Shown here: positions 23,448 through 33,806 of the stretch, one piece after another
Numbering within the stretch: position 1 is the first letter of the stretch
Layout of the letters: each line of letters begins with the position of its first letter
Virus record (IMG/VR): IMGVR_UViG_3300037991_001091
Location: 1-36,295 of that record
Length of the DNA stretch: 36,295 nt
Direction: 5' to 3' (one strand)
Source of the DNA: a virus
Lineage: Duplodnaviria > Caudoviricetes
Program-made: the position numbers and the translations under genes
Notes under the pieces: model-generated
What the model saw: the letters and a program-made list of their open reading frames with translations, nothing else
Databases searched by the model: none
What the model was told of the DNA's origin: nothing

Positions 23448-26400
23448 ATGGTTGAAGAAAATAACTTGAATATTCCTGGAGAAGGACAGGAAGGCACATC
23501 AAGTCCTGAGGAAATAAAAACATCTCTTGAGGAGGCCAAGGAGGAGAGTCAACAGGCCGCTGCAAAGAGGAGTTTTGAATTTAAGGTTAGCATGCTTCCA
23601 TCTAGCTTTAAAAGAACATCTCCATTAACAGGCCAAACAATGCCTAATGCGCTTGGGATTCAAACATTAATATCTAACGTTCCTCTTTCTTTTAATAGGG
23701 AAAACTCTAATTCAGACCTCAATGCCTTAACATTTAATATTGAATCGGCAATGAACAATGAGTCCGTTAAGAAGGTAAGCGACAACATAGATAATAAGTA
23801 TTCTGAAGATATAGCCCTTCTTGCCACTCCAAATTATAATTTTTACAACATTGCGGAAAACGCTTCTTTTGTATCTGAAAACATTCAGCGTCTTAGGTCA
23901 AAAAATGCACTAGAAAGAAACTCCGCCATTGTAAATTTGATGACGCCTGGTACATCGTCAGTTCCATATTCATTTGGCTATGAAACTATCACAAACGACG
24001 ATGGCACAACTTCTGAAAAGTTAGTTTTTTACGATAACATAGACATAGCACTTAAGGGTGGAGCTAGGACAGAAGGAGCCTTGAGGTTTGGTACTTTTGA
24101 CCCCTCATATGAAGCCTCTGGATTTACTCCATTTATGCCTATGCCAAGTGTCTTTTCTCCTAGCGGTAGACAAAGAACAAGAAGCACAATTAATCAAAGA
24201 TTTATTGAGGCTAATTCGGGTAATCTATATGGAGCTGGGGCTAAATATAGAGAAGGGTTTAAATCTTTTGATGACGTTTATTCAGAATCGGGAGAGAGTA
24301 TGTATACATTTTCTCAAGACGGGGAGTTTTTTACTCCTGCGGGATATAATGCATATGGACAAACTTTTTTATCTCCAACTTTAATTAACAACATTGACCA
24401 AATACAGGCACAGAACGATAGAATATTTAACTCTGAGCAGTTGTCAAATATTGAGAAATCATCACTTAATGTATTTAACACCGCAGATAATACCTCCACT
24501 CCAGTTCAAACATTTAACTTAAATAATGCAGGAAATTTAATTCAAGACGCAGGATGGACAGATGAGTCTGGTGGAGAAGGCAAACTGTATTCATTAGACT
24601 TTAATTCATTTAGGAATAACGTAATTCTTAAAGGTCTTGATGGTGGGAATGCCAAGAACAAAGAGGTTGATTGGTATGGTGAAAACGTGATTGAGTTTGA
24701 AGGCATTAGGGGAGGACAGGCTATGGATGATTTAGGCCAAGGGTTGGCTTTTGGAGCACTTCAGTCTGGATTAAATGAAGAAACTATTGTGTTTTTAAAT
24801 CCTGAGGCTGGGACTCTTCAGTTTGTTAACAAAACAGATGAATTCAATGAGCAGGCATCAGCAACCGCTCTTAGACAAGGATTGGCTCAAGGGCTGCTTT
24901 ATGACTATGCTACTGAAGGGCTTACTGACGAAGAGTTGGAAGAGTATTATAACTCTACCAACTTCATTATGGAAACGGCTCAGTTCTTGCCATTTATGGG
25001 CATAAACTCTAGCGAGCTGACACCTTTATTAAACTTTTATGAAACAGGCGAGTGGGACGAGTCTCAATACGGACTTATTGATACATACAAAAGAGGGATT
25101 ACTGAAAAAATAGATGCGTTAAAGTCAAGCGTTGACCCATCAATTGTGGACCCTATGGATATGATACGCCAAGCATCGGCATCCGCTCCAGACTACTACT
25201 TTGACGTTATGGGTCAAGAGATGATTGCGTCTATAAAAGCAAACGGAGGGGAGGTTAGTGATGAGTTATACCAAAGAACACTATTTAATGGTAGAACGAA
25301 TTTAACTAATGAAGAGTCTCAGGACATAATGGACGCTAGGATGGAGCTGTATGGTAAGTTTTTCGACAGTAAAGTTGATTGGAGAAACATTGCGGATACA
25401 ATGCCGTCTTTTATAAATTACCTAGACGAAGCCTCGTCTCTATTTCTTGCGGGGCCTACTGGCGGAACAATTCCACTATTGAAATTTATAACAGGGGCAA
25501 GTAGAAAGAGAAAGCAGAGAAGAATACTAGCTGCGTCCAAAGACCTTGAAAATGAGGTTTTAAAAAGGTTAGTGGCAACTCATTATTTAAGCACTCTTGT
25601 AAACGTAACAGAGTCTTCTCCAGCGATGTTTGGAGGTCAATACGAAACAATAGATGGAGTTGTTTATGATGAGGTTCAAAGAGAAATATTGATAAACGCT
25701 CAGAGACAATTAGCTCAGATAGAAATTTTTATGCATGAGGCAATCACAAACCCTGAGATTGCAGAGCAGATGCTTGTTGATGCTGATTATACTCAATACC
25801 CTGAAATAGAAGAAACCTTAGAAGAAGTTACTAGACAAGTAAGGGGGGCCGAAATGGCAGCTGACATAAGCAGGTCAGGGTTACCTACAGGTGGACAAAT
25901 TACACCTCTTGGAGCGTTTGGAGAGTTTGCAGTTTTTGATGCTACCGCAGAGTTAACCGATGCTGTTGTAAGTAATCTAGCCACTATACCAACATCATTT
26001 GGAAACTACCTATACGACGACAAAGCATCGGAATTATCTGAAAATTTTGAAGACGCAGGTCTATCGGTTGGATACGGACTAGACATTACTAACAAATCTG
26101 ACTTTGAGAGATATGAAACAACTGACGCTAACGGCAAGATAGTTGATGTATACAGAAACACTGGTTCGGGGACTACCTATGTAAGTGTAGAAGGTGGCAA
26201 GCCATTTATGCTTCGCTCCACATTTGTGCCTACGGTTTTTGGGGAAGGTAGTTTTGTTGGAGCATCTGCACCGCTTGAGAGCAGGATAGGATACTACGCA
26301 ACAAATATAATGGGTAGTGTTATTGGCTTTGGTGCAGTATCTAAGACGCTGAAAGGCCTTGGGGCTGCAACCTCATTTTTCAACAATAGTAAATACGTTC

Positions 26401-29400
26401 TTAGCCCTGCCACCAAACTTTATTTAAACATGGCAGGGTCAAACTTCTTGATGGGCTCTTCAAATTTAAACCCCAACAAGGCCTTTGGAAGTGAGTTGTT
26501 AAAGCTTGGAGGCTACTCTATGCTTCTTGCTTTTGCTCAAGGCAGATTAAATACGATAGAGGCTAGGCAGGCCGCAGGAACTCTTTTCAAAGGGACAAGA
26601 GCCACGAGAGGTGTTGACAGGGTAAAGGCTAGAGTTAAATCTGGGTTTGGCGAATACATAGAAGAATATGGAGCTGAAGGGGCAGCACAAGATATAGCCA
26701 CGGGATTAGTTTCATTGGCAACAAAAGAAAAATTCGAGTCTCAACTTATTCAAAACATACGAAGCACTTTCTCAGACCCTGATGGACAGGCTCAGGCGCT
26801 ACTTACATTTGGGATGGGGTATGTAACTGGGCAGGGGCCTGGTAATATGAGCAATGCAACAATAAATCTTATATCAGCAGACCCCATAGCCTACAAAGAA
26901 ATTGTGGAAACATTAACCAATGCGGGTCTTTTGGATTTGGAGAAAAGGAATGCCTCTGTGGCGAATTCTCAGTACGTGTATAATGCTATGCAACAATATG
27001 TTGGTATGGGTGACATATCAAAAGATGCAATGCCTGAGTTAATTTCCCTACATATAAAGAAGACATTACTCGGCGAGGGTAAACTAGGCGAATCCGCACA
27101 GCAAGAGGTTGCAGAAGAAATATCTATAATAGAAGAGAGAGAGAAAGAAATATTAGAAATTAATAGGAATCAGCAGAACCTCAATAACAAAGGGGTGGCT
27201 TTTGTAATTAATGGAGTCGAAGCCTCTAAGGAGGAAGTGATGGAAATTTTAGAGCGACCAGGTGGATACAATGGGGAGTTAATAGATATAAACGACATGT
27301 CTGAGGTTGACTTAATAAACTCTCTTTACGAACAAAAAGATAGATATGCTCAAATAGGTGTTGGGAAGAAAAACTTAGGAGACCTTAATGCATTTAGGGA
27401 TGAGGCTACAGCTTTGGATTACAAGACAAAGCCTAGTCAGGCTACATATGACGCATTGAATACTCAGTCATTAGCGGCACTTGAGTCGTTGACCAAGGTA
27501 TATCCAGACCTAGATATTATTGTTCACGACAACCAGGGAGACTTTTTCTCGGCTACAGGCAGTAGAGGAAGAGGGGCTTTTGACTCTGAGAACTCAGTAA
27601 TACACATTAATGCTGCTAAGGCTGACTCGACCACCGTACCCCACGAAGTTTTTGAGGCGTTCATTTCTCTTGGAGCATCAAAGAATCAAGGCATCAGAAA
27701 CGAAATGATTGACTTAGCCAACGAGGTTATGGAAAACGTTGATGAGGCTACAAGGGCTCAGTTAGAGACATTTGTTTCAATGTACTCTGAAGGCGAGGCT
27801 TCGAGGGAAACTCTCGCTCAGTTCTTTGGCATATTGTCTAACAATAGTAGCCCTGAGGTACAAGAGAAGGCTAGAGGATTCTTTTCAAACATAGGGAGCA
27901 TGTTCGGTGTGAGTAACAAGTCTGTTCAGGGGGATGGCGTTATTTCTTTAATGGAAAATTTAGCAGGCAAGGTTAAGACAGGAGAACAAATTACTGAGGC
28001 TGAAATTATACCTATATCTAGCGAGACACAGACTCAGGCTATGGCCGCTCAAGAAGGAGACTTAGGTGCTCAGAAAAATAGAGATGAAGCCGAGGCGCTC
28101 AGAGAGAAAGTTGATGCCTTGGGTAAAGGTAAGAAGCAAGAAGATGGGTCTTACGTGTTTAGTGAAGTCCCACCAGAGGGTCTCGATTATACCGTTAAAA
28201 GAGGAGGGCCACTTAGATTAGGCAAGAAGCAATACATTGTTTCTGGAGAAAACTTTAATGCTTTTCGTCGTGAGAGCCTTGAGAAATCTGAAAGGGCTAA
28301 GGCAGGCTTTGAGGTTAAAATGAAATACTTGAATGGCGGGGTAAGGGCTCTCGATGACCGCGAAGTAGATTTATTGATAAAAACTCTTGCCTCTGAAGGT
28401 GACCCTCAATCTGCTGAGCAAGTATACAATGAAGCTCTTCGAATGGGTATCGGATTGGCGGTTGATGATGCAAATTCTTACGCAACAATAATCAACAAGG
28501 CTTACTCAGATATGGGTTCTTCTCAGCGTGTAAGCCAAGATTATATCTCTGATGAAGATGACTTCGCCGAATTTGTTACGCTTGCCCCTAGTGAGGCCAC
28601 AACAGAAGATTATACCTCTGACGAACAGGTTGAGCAAATGCAAGAACGTTTGGCAAAGGCTAAAGAAGCACTAGAAGAAATCAAGGCCTCAACAGACGAG
28701 GACGTGAGTGTGACTGCGAACGAGAAGGTAGACAACATAACAGAAAAGATTAGAGCAGGCGAAGATGTCACCTATGAAGAATACAAGGAGGCTATCACAC
28801 TATCTGACCCTGAAACAGCAGTTGAACTTTACAAGCAGTACGTCAACAAGAACGACCAAGTTGATGCAGACCTAGTCGCTACCATCAATGAGTCACTTGA
28901 GCAGATGGGCTCACCTATGCGTATTGACCAATATGGCGTTCAAACAAACATTGAGGCAGAGGCAGACCTTCAGGCTCAAGAAGAAATGAAAGCCGCCGTA
29001 GACGCTAGAGTCGAAGAACTAGAGGCTAGTATAGACGGCACAAATTCAGAAGCAGAACTTGTAGCAGAATCAGACCCCGAGGCTCCTATTGAAAGAATAC
29101 AAGAGGAGGTCAAGGGAGTTATCGAGAAGACCAAAGAAAGGTGGAACGAGGAGAAGGCGATGGAAACAACTCTAGAGGAGCAGCAATACGAGAATGCCTT
29201 GGCGTATGCTAGAGGCACGAAGGCTTATCAGGAGGGTGACTCAGAGACTAGAGGCCAAATCATAGATATGGTCAAAAATGAAATGGGTGTCAGTCTTACT
29301 GAGACTCAAGGCAGACCAGAGAAAATGACTGGTACGGAGATGGTTGTTGACTCGTATGAGCAGATGAAGCGAGAACTAGAGCTTCAAGAGAAGGCGGGTA

Positions 29401-32400
29401 AATTGGCTGTAGGTGAACAGCAGAAAGCTGAGCGAGATATGATTGCCAAAATCAATGAGCAGTTCAAAAAGAATGGCATCTTCCTAACCCCTGCGCAGTC
29501 GAAAAGAATATACGACCTTGTTGCTAGAACTGATATGACCAATGCAGACGCTAGGGCTAGAGTAGAAATGGAGACGGCTAAGATTGTTAATCAAAACAAA
29601 GGGAAGGTTTTGGTTGACCAATTCAGAGCCCTTAGAGACCAATATAAAGCAGAAGAGAGGGCTGACAGGAGGGGTAGGATGGCTCAGAGAAAAGCCACTG
29701 CCACTGCTGGTCTAGATGCAATAGAAATGCTCAAGGAGGCTGGCGTCACATTGTCTAATGCTCAGACTAGGTCTTTACTTAGAATCCTATCAAACACAGA
29801 TTTTAACAATGAAGTTCAAGCAGCACGGGCTGAACAGAAGATTGATAAAATGATATCTGACAAGAAGTTTAAGCAAGAGATGTCAGACCTAAAAAAAGAC
29901 GCTTCTAGGGCCAAGGCAAACATCAAGAAGTTGGGCGCTGACGCAGAGGCCGCAGGGACTTTATCTTCTTTATTTGATGTTAATCCGTTAGACATTTCTA
30001 CAGAGGAGGTGACTCCCACCTTTGATGAAAACGGAGATGTTTCTGGTGGTCAGCTTATTCCTGGAGAAAAAGTTAAGTATAACATGAGTCCCTTCCTTTC
30101 GGCTGAGGCAACAGTTATAATGCAGGATAAGGATGGTGTAGCCATTAGGCTTGAAGATGGCACTGAGATTAATGTAAGTAGGGACGATATAAGTTATACA
30201 TACCTAGACAGATACAAGAGTATCGTGGATGCTATGAGTCAGAGAGGTAAAGAAATATCTCTGCCTGATAGGGCTATGATGATGAGACAAGCGGAGTCAA
30301 TATTTAATAATGTTGCTGAAGGAGAGATTGCTATCAGCGATGCCGTGGCAAAAGAAGGTATGTCTGAAGCAGAGCGTCAGAAAATTAGTGATGAGTCATA
30401 TAATTCATTCTCAGCATCAATAGACCCAGATACCGAGACTCAAGTCTTAGAAAACATACCTAATAAGGACTCTAGAAGCGTTGCTAGTGAAATATTTAAA
30501 ATAACTGAAGAGGAGTTTAAAAGTTTAGATTTAAAAGACCAAGTGTTGTTGTCTAATGTAATAGATAACATTAATAATGGGTTTGTATCTAATAATGCAT
30601 TTAATGTTCTACAAAAGGTAAAAGCCAACAGAACGTCTGATATGTTGTTGGAGAAAACTAGTGGCTCGTTACTCTCTAATCTTGCAGCTCCTATTGGAAC
30701 TATTAGGACAGGCATATACAACCTGTTTGGGGGTAGAAATTTCTACAACCAAGCCTTAAGACTTAACGTAGAGACTGCTATAGATAGAATTATGGGTAAC
30801 ATAAATGATAGTAGTATATACAATGCTACCCTTGGCAAGTTAAAATCTGCAAATGAGCAGTACGAGGTTACAAGAAAAATGATTCAGTCCAAGTTAACAA
30901 AAGCCTCTAATTTACTTTCTGAGGGGTATAAAAAAGATGTAGCTAGGAACAGAAGAGCTGGGATAAAAGCTCTTGAACTTCAAAGAGAGTGGGAGTCTAA
31001 TCCAGATAAAAGAGGTAGCAAAGTATTTACAGCCATTGAGTGGTTAGACTACAAGATAGCAAACACGCAGAGCGAAGCAGAAATAAAGAGACTAAATATA
31101 GTTAAAGATGGGATGATTTCTGTCTTTGGCATGGAGTACATAAATGGTAAGTTATCGGACGAAAATATAAGCGAGCAGGAAAGAGCAAAACTTCAAGAGC
31201 AGAAGGATGAATTAATAGAGAGATTTGGTAGCGAAGAGGCCGCAAGTAACGTTAGTTTCGAAGATGGATACAACGCTCTAGACTTAGACCAAAACTTTAA
31301 GGATGCATTTGATATAATTACCGAAGTAAACCAAGAGTTTGCTGAGCAGGCAATGACAGCTAGTAGCCTATACAGACCAGGTAGTGCTGAGGCGTACTAT
31401 AATTACACTAGGCACTCCGTAGAGGGTGAGCAAGAAGGGATTGACCCTGCTAATAGATTCTCTGCGGATAGAATGAGCACTAGAGGAACTACAACATATG
31501 GTAGGTCCACAGGTCTAAAAGCAATTGACTTCGATGCTGTAACTACTGCGTACAATGCGGCGTCTAGCACTATGCTAGATTATTATATGACACCCGCAGT
31601 CAAAGAAGTTAGAATGGGTATTGAAGCCGCTATGGAAAATATTCGTCAAGAATACGACAATGACATATCTAGATATTCTAAGGATGAGAAGTATATAAAA
31701 CTTGAGGGCTTATACACTACAATAGAAGAGGCTAATGATATTGTGTTAGCTAAAAATGAAGTGGGGACCTTTAACCGAATAGGTACGTTTTTATTATCTA
31801 CTCAGGCGGGAGCTAAGCTCGCAAAAGGAACAAGATTTATTGCAGAGGGTGCTAGTAACTTTATGCATGCAATTGCTAAAACTCCTAGAGCAGGATTCCT
31901 TGGGTTAGAATTTATGGCAAGACATGGCATTATAAACTTACCAGGCACAGAAGGTAAGGCTATGACAACTAAATTCTTAGCTAATGTTGGCTCAACAGAA
32001 GTTCAGAGGTTAACGTCAGACGCTGATTTGGCTATTGCAACGGGTGGAGATATTACAGATAAAACATTAAGTTTAAAAGACCGTGAAAGATTAGGCAGAA
32101 TTTATGAGACCTCTGGAGCTGAGCAGGTTGTTGAGGCAGGAAAAGATAAAATTAAAAAGGTCATGTCTCTATCTGATTGGGCTATGTCAAAACCTGACCG
32201 AGCGATAGGCCTACCCATTTGGTTTGGTTCTTTTGCTCAGCAATGGAAAAAGGTTACTGGTAGAGATTTTACTAATGAAGACTTCCAAAAGATAATAAAC
32301 AACGATGAGGCGTTTTTGAGGGAGAATTCAGATGCCGTAAGGCGAGCGACTCAATTTGCAGATAAGCGCTCGATGGCTCAATCCGCAACAGTTACTAGGG

Positions 32401-33806
32401 GATACGGAGGGAAACTTTCATTTAAAAGAGGCAAAGGAGATAGTGATTTAGTTGCTGCTAGTAGAAGAGTTAACGCATATATGAGAAACTTTATGAGTTA
32501 TGAGTATGAAAATATGGTTCAGGGTGCTTTAGCTATGGTGAAGAGTGGAGAAATGACTAAGATGGAAGGCGCTGGGGCTATAGCAGGAGGAGCAGCGAGA
32601 ATGTATGTATATCAAGCGTTACTAACTGGATTAAAAAGAATGGTGTTCGGTGACGAAGAGGAAGAAAATGTTAAGAACGCAAAAATAGTAACAAATCCTG
32701 ACGGCTCTGAATCTTATGCTTTTGAAAGTTATGACGACATACCTGAAGATTTGAGGGAACTAGGTGAGCCACTTCAAGGAGCCTTAGGATTCTACGTTGA
32801 AAAAGAAAAAGTAGATGCGTGGATGGAGTCTCAAGGAGACGTTTTTGGACAACAAGGTAGAAGGGGGTTAGGTCAATATGTCCTACAAGCCATTACTGGA
32901 GGAGGCGGTGGATTAGAATCCCAAGCAATAAACTTCTTGATAGACCAAGCGCTTATGGACGATGAGGCTATTGCGGCAGTGTTTAATACCTATGACCCTG
33001 AAACGCAGACTTACAATAAGTTTGAAAATTCAGTTGGGTACTCAAAACTTTCTGATGCGTTTGATGAATACAATGAGGGAGGACAATTCGATTTGGAAGA
33101 AACATTGTTTGCATTATTTACTCCACATATTGACCCATTGGCATCAAGAACTCAAAGGTATCTTGATATAAAGTCAAAGAAAAATTCTATACAAAACAGA
33201 TTAGATGAAGATGCCTTGCTTGACGATTCTGACCCCAACAAGATGACTGATAAAAAGAGAGAGGAGCTTGAGGCTGAAGTTCAATCGCTAAAACAAGATG
33301 CAGCTGAATTTTTTGCATATACAATTGCCAATGCTTTTGTGTCTGCCCCTGTTTTAAATGACATAATAAATCAAAAGCTATCAGAAATAACAGATGACTT
33401 TTATGAGTCAGAAGCTAAGCCACCAGAGATTGTTGTGGATGAGGAGCCAGAGGTTATATTAGATGCTTTCAGTAAAAATAGAGCGAATCAAATGCTTGAA
33501 GATTATGGAACTGACAACAGGTTTAAAGCTATTAATGACCTAATACACAATAGTAAGTCTTCAAGAGGGGATGGGAATATTGCTCAAGAAATAATTAAAT
33601 ATGAGTTCCAGGGAGCCGAGGCGTGGTTGAATGAGTATGACAAAAAACGAATCGAGGCTGGAAGTCTTGATGATGTAAACGACGATTTAGTTTACGGCAA
33701 GTATCTAGCAGATGACATGACGATAAGACAAGTTAGGATTCAGATATATAATAACTTACCAGATGGACCTGAAAAGGATTACTTCCGAAAGTTAATATTT
33801 AATTAA
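23448..33806 (+). CDS. Giant multidomain putative internal virion/ejected protein (3452 aa) with a degenerate zincin-like domain
   Basis: Uninterrupted 10.36-kb ORF, last in the virion module. Acidic and helical, with G/A-rich amphipathic segments and RGAFD...IHIN...TVPHEVFE...ETLA near residue 1399. Confidence 0.7.
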   Translation: MVEENNLNIPGEGQEGTSSPEEIKTSLEEAKEESQQAAAKRSFEFKVSMLPSSFKRTSPLTGQTMPNALGIQTLISNVPLSFNRENSNSDLNALTFNIESAMNNESVKKVSDNIDNKYSEDIALLATPNYNFYNIAENASFVSENIQRLRSKNALERNSAIVNLMTPGTSSVPYSFGYETITNDDGTTSEKLVFYDNIDIALKGGARTEGALRFGTFDPSYEASGFTPFMPMPSVFSPSGRQRTRSTINQRFIEANSGNLYGAGAKYREGFKSFDDVYSESGESMYTFSQDGEFFTPAGYNAYGQTFLSPTLINNIDQIQAQNDRIFNSEQLSNIEKSSLNVFNTADNTSTPVQTFNLNNAGNLIQDAGWTDESGGEGKLYSLDFNSFRNNVILKGLDGGNAKNKEVDWYGENVIEFEGIRGGQAMDDLGQGLAFGALQSGLNEETIVFLNPEAGTLQFVNKTDEFNEQASATALRQGLAQGLLYDYATEGLTDEELEEYYNSTNFIMETAQFLPFMGINSSELTPLLNFYETGEWDESQYGLIDTYKRGITEKIDALKSSVDPSIVDPMDMIRQASASAPDYYFDVMGQEMIASIKANGGEVSDELYQRTLFNGRTNLTNEESQDIMDARMELYGKFFDSKVDWRNIADTMPSFINYLDEASSLFLAGPTGGTIPLLKFITGASRKRKQRRILAASKDLENEVLKRLVATHYLSTLVNVTESSPAMFGGQYETIDGVVYDEVQREILINAQRQLAQIEIFMHEAITNPEIAEQMLVDADYTQYPEIEETLEEVTRQVRGAEMAADISRSGLPTGGQITPLGAFGEFAVFDATAELTDAVVSNLATIPTSFGNYLYDDKASELSENFEDAGLSVGYGLDITNKSDFERYETTDANGKIVDVYRNTGSGTTYVSVEGGKPFMLRSTFVPTVFGEGSFVGASAPLESRIGYYATNIMGSVIGFGAVSKTLKGLGAATSFFNNSKYVLSPATKLYLNMAGSNFLMGSSNLNPNKAFGSELLKLGGYSMLLAFAQGRLNTIEARQAAGTLFKGTRATRGVDRVKARVKSGFGEYIEEYGAEGAAQDIATGLVSLATKEKFESQLIQNIRSTFSDPDGQAQALLTFGMGYVTGQGPGNMSNATINLISADPIAYKEIVETLTNAGLLDLEKRNASVANSQYVYNAMQQYVGMGDISKDAMPELISLHIKKTLLGEGKLGESAQQEVAEEISIIEEREKEILEINRNQQNLNNKGVAFVINGVEASKEEVMEILERPGGYNGELIDINDMSEVDLINSLYEQKDRYAQIGVGKKNLGDLNAFRDEATALDYKTKPSQATYDALNTQSLAALESLTKVYPDLDIIVHDNQGDFFSATGSRGRGAFDSENSVIHINAAKADSTTVPHEVFEAFISLGASKNQGIRNEMIDLANEVMENVDEATRAQLETFVSMYSEGEASRETLAQFFGILSNNSSPEVQEKARGFFSNIGSMFGVSNKSVQGDGVISLMENLAGKVKTGEQITEAEIIPISSETQTQAMAAQEGDLGAQKNRDEAEALREKVDALGKGKKQEDGSYVFSEVPPEGLDYTVKRGGPLRLGKKQYIVSGENFNAFRRESLEKSERAKAGFEVKMKYLNGGVRALDDREVDLLIKTLASEGDPQSAEQVYNEALRMGIGLAVDDANSYATIINKAYSDMGSSQRVSQDYISDEDDFAEFVTLAPSEATTEDYTSDEQVEQMQERLAKAKEALEEIKASTDEDVSVTANEKVDNITEKIRAGEDVTYEEYKEAITLSDPETAVELYKQYVNKNDQVDADLVATINESLEQMGSPMRIDQYGVQTNIEAEADLQAQEEMKAAVDARVEELEASIDGTNSEAELVAESDPEAPIERIQEEVKGVIEKTKERWNEEKAMETTLEEQQYENALAYARGTKAYQEGDSETRGQIIDMVKNEMGVSLTETQGRPEKMTGTEMVVDSYEQMKRELELQEKAGKLAVGEQQKAERDMIAKINEQFKKNGIFLTPAQSKRIYDLVARTDMTNADARARVEMETAKIVNQNKGKVLVDQFRALRDQYKAEERADRRGRMAQRKATATAGLDAIEMLKEAGVTLSNAQTRSLLRILSNTDFNNEVQAARAEQKIDKMISDKKFKQEMSDLKKDASRAKANIKKLGADAEAAGTLSSLFDVNPLDISTEEVTPTFDENGDVSGGQLIPGEKVKYNMSPFLSAEATVIMQDKDGVAIRLEDGTEINVSRDDISYTYLDRYKSIVDAMSQRGKEISLPDRAMMMRQAESIFNNVAEGEIAISDAVAKEGMSEAERQKISDESYNSFSASIDPDTETQVLENIPNKDSRSVASEIFKITEEEFKSLDLKDQVLLSNVIDNINNGFVSNNAFNVLQKVKANRTSDMLLEKTSGSLLSNLAAPIGTIRTGIYNLFGGRNFYNQALRLNVETAIDRIMGNINDSSIYNATLGKLKSANEQYEVTRKMIQSKLTKASNLLSEGYKKDVARNRRAGIKALELQREWESNPDKRGSKVFTAIEWLDYKIANTQSEAEIKRLNIVKDGMISVFGMEYINGKLSDENISEQERAKLQEQKDELIERFGSEEAASNVSFEDGYNALDLDQNFKDAFDIITEVNQEFAEQAMTASSLYRPGSAEAYYNYTRHSVEGEQEGIDPANRFSADRMSTRGTTTYGRSTGLKAIDFDAVTTAYNAASSTMLDYYMTPAVKEVRMGIEAAMENIRQEYDNDISRYSKDEKYIKLEGLYTTIEEANDIVLAKNEVGTFNRIGTFLLSTQAGAKLAKGTRFIAEGASNFMHAIAKTPRAGFLGLEFMARHGIINLPGTEGKAMTTKFLANVGSTEVQRLTSDADLAIATGGDITDKTLSLKDRERLGRIYETSGAEQVVEAGKDKIKKVMSLSDWAMSKPDRAIGLPIWFGSFAQQWKKVTGRDFTNEDFQKIINNDEAFLRENSDAVRRATQFADKRSMAQSATVTRGYGGKLSFKRGKGDSDLVAASRRVNAYMRNFMSYEYENMVQGALAMVKSGEMTKMEGAGAIAGGAARMYVYQALLTGLKRMVFGDEEEENVKNAKIVTNPDGSESYAFESYDDIPEDLRELGEPLQGALGFYVEKEKVDAWMESQGDVFGQQGRRGLGQYVLQAITGGGGGLESQAINFLIDQALMDDEAIAAVFNTYDPETQTYNKFENSVGYSKLSDAFDEYNEGGQFDLEETLFALFTPHIDPLASRTQRYLDIKSKKNSIQNRLDEDALLDDSDPNKMTDKKREELEAEVQSLKQDAAEFFAYTIANAFVSAPVLNDIINQKLSEITDDFYESEAKPPEIVVDEEPEVILDAFSKNRANQMLEDYGTDNRFKAINDLIHNSKSSRGDGNIAQEIIKYEFQGAEAWLNEYDKKRIEAGSLDDVNDDLVYGKYLADDMTIRQVRIQIYNNLPDGPEKDYFRKLIFN

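Noticed and set aside
31520-31545. IDFDAV as a virion RNA polymerase catalytic motif
   Set aside because: It lacks the third aspartate of DxDxD and I saw no supporting motifs.
214-33171. Many 60-130 aa alternative-frame and antisense ORFs inside the long + strand genes
   Set aside because: They are shadow ORFs fully nested in well-supported genes, with no recognisable motifs or expression signals.
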